Below are positions 8,130 to 16,859 of a stretch of 64,000 nt of DNA, one piece after another. The notes below the pieces were generated by a model. The model was not told the DNA's origin. It saw only the letters and a list, made by a program, of their open reading frames with translations, and did not search any database. The stretch spans positions 32,001 to 96,000 of the forward strand of contig DASXQR010000083.1 in assembly GCA_036507075.1 (NCBI GenBank). The letters run 5' to 3'. The position numbers and the translations under genes were made by a program. Source of the DNA: Acidobacteriota bacterium. GTDB taxonomy: Bacteria; Acidobacteriota; UBA6911; JACQSX01. Position 1 is the stretch's first letter, and every line of letters starts with the position of its first letter.

Positions 8130-11096
8130 ATGCGGTGTGGTCTAAAGAAAAACCACTTCAGCTTTGTATTCTGCGTCTTTTTGCTGTTTGTTGCCTTGGA
8201 CACCTCTCAGGCGCAGAACAATGCCGGTTCCGATGCCGGTTCGCGCGCGCTGGATGACGCTTACTCAAAGAAGATTCGCGAGTACACCACAGAGCTTTTT
8301 TTTCTGACTGAGCTCGTGGATCACCTTCCGGCATCGGACAAAGTTCCTTCCCCGGAAAAGATACTGGGTTACGTCATCGGGACCCCGAACAAGCTCACCT
8401 ACACCAGGGACATGTACCGCTACTACCGGGAACTGGAGAAGGCCTCTCCGCGGGTGCGTGTATTTACCGCCCCCGAGCGCAGCGAGGACGGCAAGGAACA
8501 ACTGCTGGTAATCGTGGGCGATCAAGAAAACATCGCCAGGCTGGATCAGTACAAAGAGATTACGCGAAGGCTTGCCGATCCGCGGGGCTTGAGCGAGACA
8601 GACGCCAGGCGTCTGGTATCGGAAGGGAAGCCTTTCTACTGGGCTTCGGGCTCCATCCATTCTCCAGAAACCGGATCGCCCGAAATGTTGATGGAGCTGG
8701 CGTACCGGCTGGCCGTCGACGAAAGTCCCTTCATACAGGCGATTCGAAAGAATGTGATTGTCATGATTACGCCCACTCTGGAAGTGGATGGACGAGATCG
8801 ATCCGTGGACCTTTACAACTATCGCAAGGCCAATCCGAAGAACGCGCCGCCTTCTCTTGTCTACTGGGGGAAATACGTGGCGCACGATAACAATCGCGAC
8901 GGTCTGGGAATGGCGCTGGCCCTGACGCGCAACATGATGAAGACCTTCCTTGAATATCACCCGACCATTCTCCACGACCTGCACGAGTCGGTGCCTTTCC
9001 TTTACACTTCCACCGGCACGGGCCCGTACAACGCATGGCTCGATCCACTGGTGATTGACGAATGGCACCTGCTCGCCTACCACGAAATCGAAGAGATGAC
9101 CAAGCGCGGAGTGCCGGGTGTTTGGACGCATGGCTTTTACGACGGATGGGCGCCCAACTATATGTTTTACGTCGCCAATGGGCACAACGCCATCGGCCGT
9201 TTCTACGAGACGTTTGGCGGCCGCGGAGCCGACACTGAGGAGCGCAGCGTGGGAGCCCAGGCACAGCGCGCCTGGTTCCGGCCCAATCCTCCTCTTTCCC
9301 GTGTAAAGTGGTCGATCCGCAACAACATCAATCTGCAGCAGTCGGCCATTTTGCTGGCAATGAGCTTTGTTGCCGACAACAAAGACCGCTTCCTCAATAA
9401 TTTTTATCTTAAGAGTGCGCGTTCCGTGGCGAAAGCAAAGAATGAGGGACCGGCGGCCTACGTTATACCCGGCGACGTGGCGCGGCCGGTGGAAGCCGCC
9501 GACATGGTAAACCTGCTTCGCCTGATGGGCGTCGAAGTGCACACCGCATCTCAGGAGTTTGTGGTCAAGGATCAGAAGTTTCCATCGGGCTCCTACATCA
9601 TCCGCATGGATCAGCCCTATTCGCGCATGGCCGACATGCTGCTGGACACGCAGTTTTACAACGTCAACGATCCGCGGCCCTACGACGACACAGGTTGGAC
9701 GCTGGGCGCGCTGCGAAACGTCAAAACCGTGCGTGTTACCGACGCCGGCGTCCTGACCGCGCCGATGAAACTGATCGCATCCGACGTCAAGGTCCCCGGA
9801 AAGATCCATGGTTCTGCTTCCACGGCCGGCTATGTCATCAACCACAATACGGAAAACCCGTTGGCGACTCTCCGCTTCAAACTGAAGGACATAAAGATTT
9901 CGGCTGCCGAAGAGGCGTTCAAGATCGGAGATCAGTCCTTCAATGCAGGTTCCTTCATCATCCGCACCGAGGGGAATCCATCCGACCTGCGTTCGCGTCT
10001 GGAGCAGGTTGTGCGTGAGCTGGGCCTGGCCGCGCACGCGCTCGACAAACTCCCGTCGGTGAAGAGTCACGACCTGTCGGCCCCCCGCATCGCCATACTG
10101 CACACCTGGACAAACACCCAGAATGAGGGGTGGTTTCGCATCGAGTTTGATCGACTGCAGATTCCCTACTCCTACATTTCCGACCAGGTTGTCCGAAATA
10201 CTCCCGACCTGCGAAGCAAGTATGACGTGATAATTTTCCCGCCGCTGGGCGGGTCCGCTCAGAGCATCGTGAACGGAATTCCGAAACGAGGTGAAGCCAT
10301 TCCCTGGAAGGCCTCCGACCTGACGCCGAATTTCGGCTCCTCGCCGGACCAGACCGACGACATGCGGGGCGGGATGGGAATAGCGGGAGTGGCCAACCTG
10401 CAGAAGTTTATCGAAGAGGGCGGGCTGTTTGTCACCATCACCAACATGGCTCGAGTTCCAATCGACTACGGGATCACTTCGGGCGTCAGCGTGGATGAAG
10501 CAAGACAGTTGCAGGCACGTGGTTCCGTTTTTAACGCTACCGTTTCTGACCGGGGAAGCCCGATCGCTTACGGTTATGACGAGAAGCTTTCCATTTATTT
10601 TGACCAGGCGCCGCTGTTGCGCGTCAGCATTCTTCCCGGGGGTTTTGGAGGTGGAGGGCAGCAACCTGACTCGGGCCAGCGGGCGTCGGGCCGCGGCGGA
10701 CTCAATGATCCTGACATCCCGCAAGGCAGGCCGCAAGCGGGCGCCCAACCGGCTCCGCAGCGAGGCCGCCCGGGCGAAGAACAGATCACCGACGAGCAGC
10801 GCCAGGCATTCAGTGCTTTCATCCCGCCCCCGGAGATGAGACCGCGTGTAGTGCTGCGATTTAACTCGGATGAAAAGAATCTGCTGCTCAGCGGAATGCT
10901 GGCAGGCGGGTCGGAACTGGCCAACAGACCGGCCGTGGTGGATGTTCCGGTGGGGCGAGGGCATGTGGTGATGTTTGCCACCAACCCAATGTGGCGTCAC
11001 CAGACCCAGGGGGAATTCTTCCTGCTGTTCAACGCGGCCCTGAATTATGACAATTTGGGAGCAGGCCGCGCCGCGCCGCCGGAACGGACGCAATGA
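8130..11096 (+). CDS. M14 family zinc carboxypeptidase, exported
   Basis: GSIHSPE, HDNNRD, HDLHE motifs; signal peptide; GGAGG RBS before ATG 8130. Confidence 0.88.
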   Translation: MRCGLKKNHFSFVFCVFLLFVALDTSQAQNNAGSDAGSRALDDAYSKKIREYTTELFFLTELVDHLPASDKVPSPEKILGYVIGTPNKLTYTRDMYRYYRELEKASPRVRVFTAPERSEDGKEQLLVIVGDQENIARLDQYKEITRRLADPRGLSETDARRLVSEGKPFYWASGSIHSPETGSPEMLMELAYRLAVDESPFIQAIRKNVIVMITPTLEVDGRDRSVDLYNYRKANPKNAPPSLVYWGKYVAHDNNRDGLGMALALTRNMMKTFLEYHPTILHDLHESVPFLYTSTGTGPYNAWLDPLVIDEWHLLAYHEIEEMTKRGVPGVWTHGFYDGWAPNYMFYVANGHNAIGRFYETFGGRGADTEERSVGAQAQRAWFRPNPPLSRVKWSIRNNINLQQSAILLAMSFVADNKDRFLNNFYLKSARSVAKAKNEGPAAYVIPGDVARPVEAADMVNLLRLMGVEVHTASQEFVVKDQKFPSGSYIIRMDQPYSRMADMLLDTQFYNVNDPRPYDDTGWTLGALRNVKTVRVTDAGVLTAPMKLIASDVKVPGKIHGSASTAGYVINHNTENPLATLRFKLKDIKISAAEEAFKIGDQSFNAGSFIIRTEGNPSDLRSRLEQVVRELGLAAHALDKLPSVKSHDLSAPRIAILHTWTNTQNEGWFRIEFDRLQIPYSYISDQVVRNTPDLRSKYDVIIFPPLGGSAQSIVNGIPKRGEAIPWKASDLTPNFGSSPDQTDDMRGGMGIAGVANLQKFIEEGGLFVTITNMARVPIDYGITSGVSVDEARQLQARGSVFNATVSDRGSPIAYGYDEKLSIYFDQAPLLRVSILPGGFGGGGQQPDSGQRASGRGGLNDPDIPQGRPQAGAQPAPQRGRPGEEQITDEQRQAFSAFIPPPEMRPRVVLRFNSDEKNLLLSGMLAGGSELANRPAVVDVPVGRGHVVMFATNPMWRHQTQGEFFLLFNAALNYDNLGAGRAAPPERTQ

Positions 11097-12742
11097 ATCT
11101 GGTCAATTTCATTTTCGAGGCCGCCTCGAAGCTGAAGCGATGGCCACATCCGGCCGTCCTTTATGGTTCCTCCCGGTACAGTTATCAGCATCTGCTTTCG
11201 CGGGTTCGTCAATCGGCATCGGTAATTCGGCAGTGCGGCGTGCTTCGCGGGGACCGCGTGGCGATTGTATGCTGCGACTGTCCTGATTTCATTTGTGGCT
11301 TTCTTGGAAGCATTGCGGCGCGTTCGATTGCCGTGCCCATCAGCACCATGCTTCCCGCCGGCGAGCTGGAATTCATACTCGCGGACTGCGGCGCAAAAGC
11401 AGTCCTGCTCTCTCCCGATCAACTGGAGAAGGTGTCGCCGGTACTTGGCAATCTTCCCGATCTGAAAACCGTATTCATGACCTGCAGGTTGCGTGCGAAC
11501 CAAATCCCAGACCCAAACATTCCACCGCCTGAGATTACTAGGCATTCAAACGCTCCCTTCGTGCCTTCGTGGCTTCGTGGCGTCTCTCAGACCGTGATTG
11601 ATTTCGACCAGGCCATTTCGGAATCGCCACCGGCCGCCATCGACGATGCGCCGGACGACGAGCTTGCCTTCATTCTTTACACGTCGGGCAGCACCGGGAA
11701 GCCTAAAGGGGCAATGCATCTGCATCGAAACTTACCATGGACCGTCAACACTTATTGCCGCCACATCTTGAACGTTCAGCCTGAGGACCGGTTGTTTTCC
11801 TCTTCCAGACTTTTCTTTGCCTATGGTCTGGGCAACAGCCTGTCTTTTCCGCTCAGTTCCGGCGCCGGCGCGATTCTTTGCAGCGAGCGGCCGACTCCTC
11901 CTGTTATTTCCGATGTATTCAGACGTCACAGGCCGACGATCTTCTTTGGCGTGCCGGCCGTCTTTCGGGCGCTGATTGAGTATCGGGAAGCGGGAAATCC
12001 CCTGGACACGGAATCGATTGTTTTCTGCGTTTCTGCCGGCGAAAAGCTTCCGAAACGCGTTTACCACGACTGGAAGGCGATCACCGGTCTGGAAATTCTC
12101 GACGGGATCGGCTCGACCGAAATGCTGCACATGTTCATGTCCAACAGCCGCGATTCGGTAACACCGGGCTCCAGCGGCAAGCCGCTTCCCTGTTACGAAG
12201 CAAAACTGCTGGATCCTGCGGGCAATGAAATACCGGGAACCGGGACGGGAGATCTTCTGATCAAAGGAGGCAGCGCCAGCCCGGGCTATTGGCGCAATCC
12301 TGAAAAGACGGCTTCCACGATGCTTGGAGAATGGATGCGCACGGGGGACATCTACCGCCGCGACAGTGAGGGAAATTACTGGTTTGACGGGCGGAGTGAC
12401 GATCTGTTCAAAGTCAAGGGCCTGTGGATCTCTCCTGTTGAAGTTGAAGAGGCGCTGCTGAATGCTCCAGAGGTGAGCGAAGCGGCTGTCGTGGCGGCTT
12501 ACGATCCTGATGGGTTAAGCCGGGTGGTCGCTTTTGTGGTGTTGAGAAATGATCATCTAAAGGACGCTGCCGCCGTTGAGAGAATAAAATCGGCGGCATG
12601 CCAGCGCCTGCAGCCATACAAATGTCCGTCGGAGATTTACTTCCTGGACAAACTCCCGCGCACAGCCACAGGCAAACTGCAGCGGTTCAAACTCAGGGAA
12701 GCTCGTCAAAATGCGGATTTCGGAATGCAGAATGCGGAATAA
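11093..12742 (+). CDS. Benzoate-CoA ligase family acyl-CoA synthetase
   Basis: YTSGSTGKPKG, LFFAYGLGNS, DGIGSTEMLHMF, RTGD, PRTATGK. Confidence 0.88.
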   Translation: MNLVNFIFEAASKLKRWPHPAVLYGSSRYSYQHLLSRVRQSASVIRQCGVLRGDRVAIVCCDCPDFICGFLGSIAARSIAVPISTMLPAGELEFILADCGAKAVLLSPDQLEKVSPVLGNLPDLKTVFMTCRLRANQIPDPNIPPPEITRHSNAPFVPSWLRGVSQTVIDFDQAISESPPAAIDDAPDDELAFILYTSGSTGKPKGAMHLHRNLPWTVNTYCRHILNVQPEDRLFSSSRLFFAYGLGNSLSFPLSSGAGAILCSERPTPPVISDVFRRHRPTIFFGVPAVFRALIEYREAGNPLDTESIVFCVSAGEKLPKRVYHDWKAITGLEILDGIGSTEMLHMFMSNSRDSVTPGSSGKPLPCYEAKLLDPAGNEIPGTGTGDLLIKGGSASPGYWRNPEKTASTMLGEWMRTGDIYRRDSEGNYWFDGRSDDLFKVKGLWISPVEVEEALLNAPEVSEAAVVAAYDPDGLSRVVAFVVLRNDHLKDAAAVERIKSAACQRLQPYKCPSEIYFLDKLPRTATGKLQRFKLREARQNADFGMQNAE

Positions 12743-12896
12743 AAGCTGTCTTTGGTCAGGTGTCAGTTGTCCGTTGTCCATTGTTCGTGGTCCATTGTTC
12801 CTTAACCGATCACGTAGCCATGCTCAACTGACAACGGACAACTGACAACGGACAATTATTCCGCATTCCGCATTCCGCATTCCACATTCCGCATTT
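12708..12896. repeat. Nested heptamer inverted-repeat element, copy 2 (supplies CoA-ligase stop codon)
   Basis: Same arms and core CCTTAACCGATCACGTAGCCATGC as 1944-2110. Confidence 0.85.
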
Positions 12897-12901
12897 GGCC
12901 A

Positions 12902-13432
12902 TCAGCCCAGGTCCGGGACAACCTGCAGCGCGTCGTTGAACCGGTTTGTGAAATTTGCGACACAGATAGTAAGGGTCAGTTCTACGATTTGATCTTCACT
13001 GAAGTATTTCCGCAGATCCTCAAGAGTTCCTTCGCGGATTGCAGCCGCGCCGCGCGTGACACGTTCCGCATAAAGCAGGGCTGCCTTTTCCTTTTCATCA
13101 AACAATCGGCTGCGATTGTAAAACGGAAGTGCTTTGATCTGGTCTTCCGTCAGGCCGTTCCGCTTCGCCGAAGCGGTGTGGGCGCGCGTTCAATACTCGC
13201 AGGCGTTCACAATCGATGTCTCAAGATAAGCAAGCTCCTTATATTTTGGTTCCAGAGTTCCTTCATTGATCACCGCACCGTACAGATCAAGAAGGCTTTT
13301 CAGCGCGCTAGGACGGTGAGCCATAACGGCGAAGATGTTAGGCATGTGGCCAAAGACGCCGGATAACTTGTCGTAAATTGGCTTTACTTCGGGAGCGGCC
13401 TTCTCTTTGGTGAGCGGACTGACAGCGGGCAT
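12902..13432 (-). CDS. AhpD/carboxymuconolactone decarboxylase family peroxidase-related protein, probable selenoprotein (CxxU)
   Basis: Two ORF-track fragments are in one frame; readthrough of TGA 13190-13192 gives NACEYUTRAH in a 176-aa protein ending ANFTNRFNDAL; AAGGAGG RBS. Confidence 0.85.
13160..13176 (-). promoter_or_regulatory. Candidate bacterial SECIS hairpin
   Basis: CCGCUUC-GGC-GAAGCGG; loop begins 20 nt after the in-frame UGA with G first. Confidence 0.7.
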
Positions 13433-13565
13433 CGGAATTCCTCCTTGTGAGTAAGAGCCCAGTCTAACATTTGTCCGGGCCAGTGAAGCGTGGCGCCTGC
13501 AAATTGCAGGCAAAAAAAATTCTGCAACCATCAAGGGACAGCCATTGGTCACGGGTCATCAGCCA

Positions 13566-14657
13566 TCATTGGTCATAACTCGTCTTTGTCTTCTTCGTGT
13601 CTTTGTGGTGAAACCGATCCAATTCGGGCGACAGGATTTCACGCGCTAAGATTTCACTAAACCGAATGCGCCCAGCTTCATCGACGTGGTGACTGTCCGA
13701 AAACTCTGAATCGGGTACGCTGCTCCGCAAATCAATGAAAGCGCATCCGTACTTCTGGTTTAGATCGCGCATGTAGACGCCAAAGGACTCCTCAATTTGT
13801 GGTGTGTACAAAGCCCGGTGCGAACTCGACAGTGGAGCACCGACCAGCAAGGCTCGAATGTTTCGGTCGCGGCACAAACGCAGCAGATCGCCAAGGAAAA
13901 GCGCCGGGCCACCGCCAATCTCATAGTCTTGAAGCCATTTTCTATAACCCCGCAGATTCGTTCTTGTCGCCTCCAGCGCGGCCATGTCGTGGGGATGTGA
14001 AGGTGCAATCCAGTCGGATCGCATCCACGGGAGGATTACCCTCTGGCTGGGTGAAGGCGATCCACTAACGCACTCGACAAGCCATTCGCGGAAGTGGCTG
14101 CGATGGCGGTACCATGGAACCAGACGCGATGAAGCAAATCGTGAGAGCGCGCCGGACGAAATCACGTCCGGCAGGAAAGGCGCGATGCCGCGCCACGTGA
14201 GTTCCCTTGTCAGATGAATTGCAAGCCAACGGTTTTTCCGGCAGATGTATTCGGGAGTTATCTCGATTACGACGATCCGCGGCGTGCCGGCGGAAACCAG
14301 ATGGGAAAGAATTAACGCAGAGGTGACCAGATCACCTCCTGCAACACTGGCGTTAAACGCCTGCACCGATGCGTCGCCGGTAAGGCTGCGCAGGTGTCCC
14401 TGCACTCGGCGATCGTCGATGCTGCAACCAAAACGAGAACTGCCAAGGCAGACGATCTCCGCCGGACGTTGCGGCGCCTTGAATGCTTCGACTACCGTGG
14501 CCGCGTGCGGAAAGCGCACATCGAGCGGGCACCAGTCGATCAGAATCGCCCCAATCACCTCCAGGATGCAAATTGCAAAAAAAGCCCAGACAGTGGCGTT
14601 CCGGGCGTCTCGGCAATGACGCCGCAGTTTATCTTCCCGGTGTTTTGCGTTTTCCAT
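13566..14657 (-). CDS. SGNH-like (AlgJ/DltD-type) membrane-anchored protein
   Basis: N-terminal TM, LGSSR block, FSDSHH (DxxH); abuts MBOAT gene. Confidence 0.7.
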   Translation of the reverse strand: MENAKHREDKLRRHCRDARNATVWAFFAICILEVIGAILIDWCPLDVRFPHAATVVEAFKAPQRPAEIVCLGSSRFGCSIDDRRVQGHLRSLTGDASVQAFNASVAGGDLVTSALILSHLVSAGTPRIVVIEITPEYICRKNRWLAIHLTRELTWRGIAPFLPDVISSGALSRFASSRLVPWYRHRSHFREWLVECVSGSPSPSQRVILPWMRSDWIAPSHPHDMAALEATRTNLRGYRKWLQDYEIGGGPALFLGDLLRLCRDRNIRALLVGAPLSSSHRALYTPQIEESFGVYMRDLNQKYGCAFIDLRSSVPDSEFSDSHHVDEAGRIRFSEILAREILSPELDRFHHKDTKKTKTSYDQ

Positions 14658-16046
14658 TTAGAACTGAAAATAAATAAACAACTTCCCGTCGTCCGGCATC
14701 AACAGTTGTGCAATCACAAACGTCGTGGCCATCGCCACTCCCCAAGCGGGCGCCGGCAGGATGCGACCCAGCCGAATGAATTTGCCGAATATGCCGGCGC
14801 CGATCGCATGACCGACGCAAACAATCAGAATCAGGCTGGCGGCGCCTATCAGAAGCATCCCATCCTGTATGCGGCCGTCGGCAGGCACAAACATTCGCGT
14901 CAGAACAGTGAGTGCCGTGGAGAAGGAGTCAGCCCGGAAGAAAACCCATCCGACAGAGACGGCCAGAAGAGTCAACAAGCCTGCGAGCATGCGCGGAAGC
15001 CCAACTCTGCCCCGCAGTGCCCGGTTTATGCTCAGCAGCGTTCCGTGGTAGAAGCCCCAGAAAACAAAAGTCCATCCAGCTCCGTGCCATAGACCTCCCA
15101 GCGTCATAGTGAGCAGGAGATTGCGATACGTTTTCAACCGTCCCTCGCGGCTGCCGCCCAGAGGAAAATAAAGATAATCGCGCAGCCAGCTAGACAGTGT
15201 GATGTGCCACCGTCTCCAGAACTCCGAGATATCCAAAGACAGGTACGGCATGCGAAAGTTGACCGGCAGCTTGAACCCGAATGAATGCGCCAAACCGATC
15301 GCCATGTCAGAGTAGCCTGAAAAATCGCAGTAGATCTGCACTGTGTAGCAGACAACGGCCCACCAGATGGCCCTGGAAGCAAAACTCGCGGGGTCGGCAA
15401 ATACCGGATCGACTGCGGCAGCCAGGTGATCAGCGATCACCGCCTTTTTGAACAGCCCGCGTAGAAACAATTCGCATCCGAGCTGAATGCGGATCCAATC
15501 GAAGCGCTTCTGCCGGCGCACCTGAGGGAAAAAGAATCCCGGTCGGACGATCGGGCCGGCAATCAGGTGAGGAAAGAAAAGGATAAAAAGCGCATAGTCC
15601 GCCGGGTTTCGAACCGGCTCTATCCTTCGCCGGTAAACGTCGACGACGTAGCTGATGGCCTCAAACGTATAAAACGAAATGCCGAGCGGCAGGACGACGT
15701 GGAAGACGGGAGCAGCACGCTCGGAGCCGACCAGATTCAGGAAGTTTATCGTGAGGAAATTGCCGTACTTGAAAAAAGCAAGCAGCCCCAGGTTGACGCT
15801 GAGACTCAGCCACAGCAAAATTTTTCGCAATCGCTGCGCTTGCAAAGCTGCCATTTTCAAGGCGACCATATAGTCGACTGAAGTCGAAGCAAAAATCACC
15901 AGCAAATACCACGGACTCCAAAAGGCATAAAAGATGATGCTTGCTGCCAGCAGGCAGAGCATTCGCAGCCGATGATCACGCAGCGACCAGTAGATGCCGA
16001 AAGCTGCCACAAAGAGGCAGAGAAAGGCGAAGGAGTGGAAGAGCAT
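14658..16046 (-). CDS. MBOAT family O-acyltransferase (AlgI/DltB type)
   Basis: LPLGISFYTF, FFPHLIAGPI, DFSGYSDMA, FWRRWHITLS, GLWHGA. Confidence 0.95.
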   Translation of the reverse strand: MLFHSFAFLCLFVAAFGIYWSLRDHRLRMLCLLAASIIFYAFWSPWYLLVIFASTSVDYMVALKMAALQAQRLRKILLWLSLSVNLGLLAFFKYGNFLTINFLNLVGSERAAPVFHVVLPLGISFYTFEAISYVVDVYRRRIEPVRNPADYALFILFFPHLIAGPIVRPGFFFPQVRRQKRFDWIRIQLGCELFLRGLFKKAVIADHLAAAVDPVFADPASFASRAIWWAVVCYTVQIYCDFSGYSDMAIGLAHSFGFKLPVNFRMPYLSLDISEFWRRWHITLSSWLRDYLYFPLGGSREGRLKTYRNLLLTMTLGGLWHGAGWTFVFWGFYHGTLLSINRALRGRVGLPRMLAGLLTLLAVSVGWVFFRADSFSTALTVLTRMFVPADGRIQDGMLLIGAASLILIVCVGHAIGAGIFGKFIRLGRILPAPAWGVAMATTFVIAQLLMPDDGKLFIYFQF

Positions 16047-16106
16047 TTGCGGCCGAAGGATATCAGGTTGCGACCGGGCGGTTCAAAGGACCAAAATACT
16101 GCCATT

Positions 16107-16541
16107 GTGGACAATTTCATGCGCGCAGCCATTGATGAAGCTCTCAAGGGAAGGGCGGAGGGAGGAATTCCTATCGGTTCCGTGTTGGTAAAGAACGGAA
16201 AGATTATCGGAAGAGGACGGAACAAGCGGGTACAGGAGGGAAATCCCGTTCTCCACGCCGAGATTGATTGTCTGCAGAACGCAGGAAGGATCGGGCGGTA
16301 CAACGATACGGTCCTTTATTCCACGCTGATGCCCTGCTATTTGTGCGCCGGAGCGGCAGTGCAGTTTCAAATCGGCAAAGTAATCGCGGGCGAATCAAAA
16401 ACTTTCGCCGGCGCCAGGGAGTTTCTGGAGTCACGCGGGATTGAGGTCGTCGATTTGGATCTGGCCGAGTGCAAACAGATGATGGCCGACTTTATCCAAA
16501 AGAATCCTGAACTATGGAATGAAGATATTGGAGAACTTTAA
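16107..16541 (+). CDS. Cytosine/nucleoside deaminase (Fcy1-like)
   Basis: HAEIDCL and PCYLC zinc motifs, WNEDIGE end. Confidence 0.92.
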   Translation: MDNFMRAAIDEALKGRAEGGIPIGSVLVKNGKIIGRGRNKRVQEGNPVLHAEIDCLQNAGRIGRYNDTVLYSTLMPCYLCAGAAVQFQIGKVIAGESKTFAGAREFLESRGIEVVDLDLAECKQMMADFIQKNPELWNEDIGEL

Positions 16542-16620
16542 AACCGGGGCTGCCGCCTTCCCTTTGGCGGCAAGGCTCTGGAGAGTTTCTCAAAACTCAC
16601 AAATCTCCATTTGTTACGAA

Positions 16621-16713
16621 TGGGTTTGTCACTCTTAGGCCGCTGCAAGCGGCCTGCAGAGACGCGACCTGCAAGCCGGACGGAAAGGTTTCGGGCACTT
16701 CGCCGGCATGCCA
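16621..16713 (-). pseudogene. Degenerate duplicate of the erythromycin-esterase-like gene 3' end plus hairpin (direct repeat of 20188-20280)
   Basis: 79/93 ungapped identity by eye; encodes WHAGEVPETFPSGL versus WKSGEVPETFPSGM. Confidence 0.8.
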
Positions 16714-16859
16714 TTTGAGAAAGAATGGTTCAAAATTATAATGAATGCTACCGTCAGGAAGATTCTTTACCTGGGCGCGCGGAAACTAGAGCTAAATACA
16801 GCTTTCGCGTTCTACGCGCCTTCGCGGTGAATTTTTCGCACCTTCCGGGGGAATGAACT

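Noticed and set aside
8265..11093. 942-aa antisense ORF
   Set aside because: It shadows the M14 peptidase on the opposite strand, has no motifs, and is expected from GC-rich codon bias.
12902..13552. Two separate small genes or a nonsense pseudogene
   Set aside because: The fragments share a frame, the TGA falls at the catalytic Cys position and a hairpin follows; Sec readthrough explains this better.
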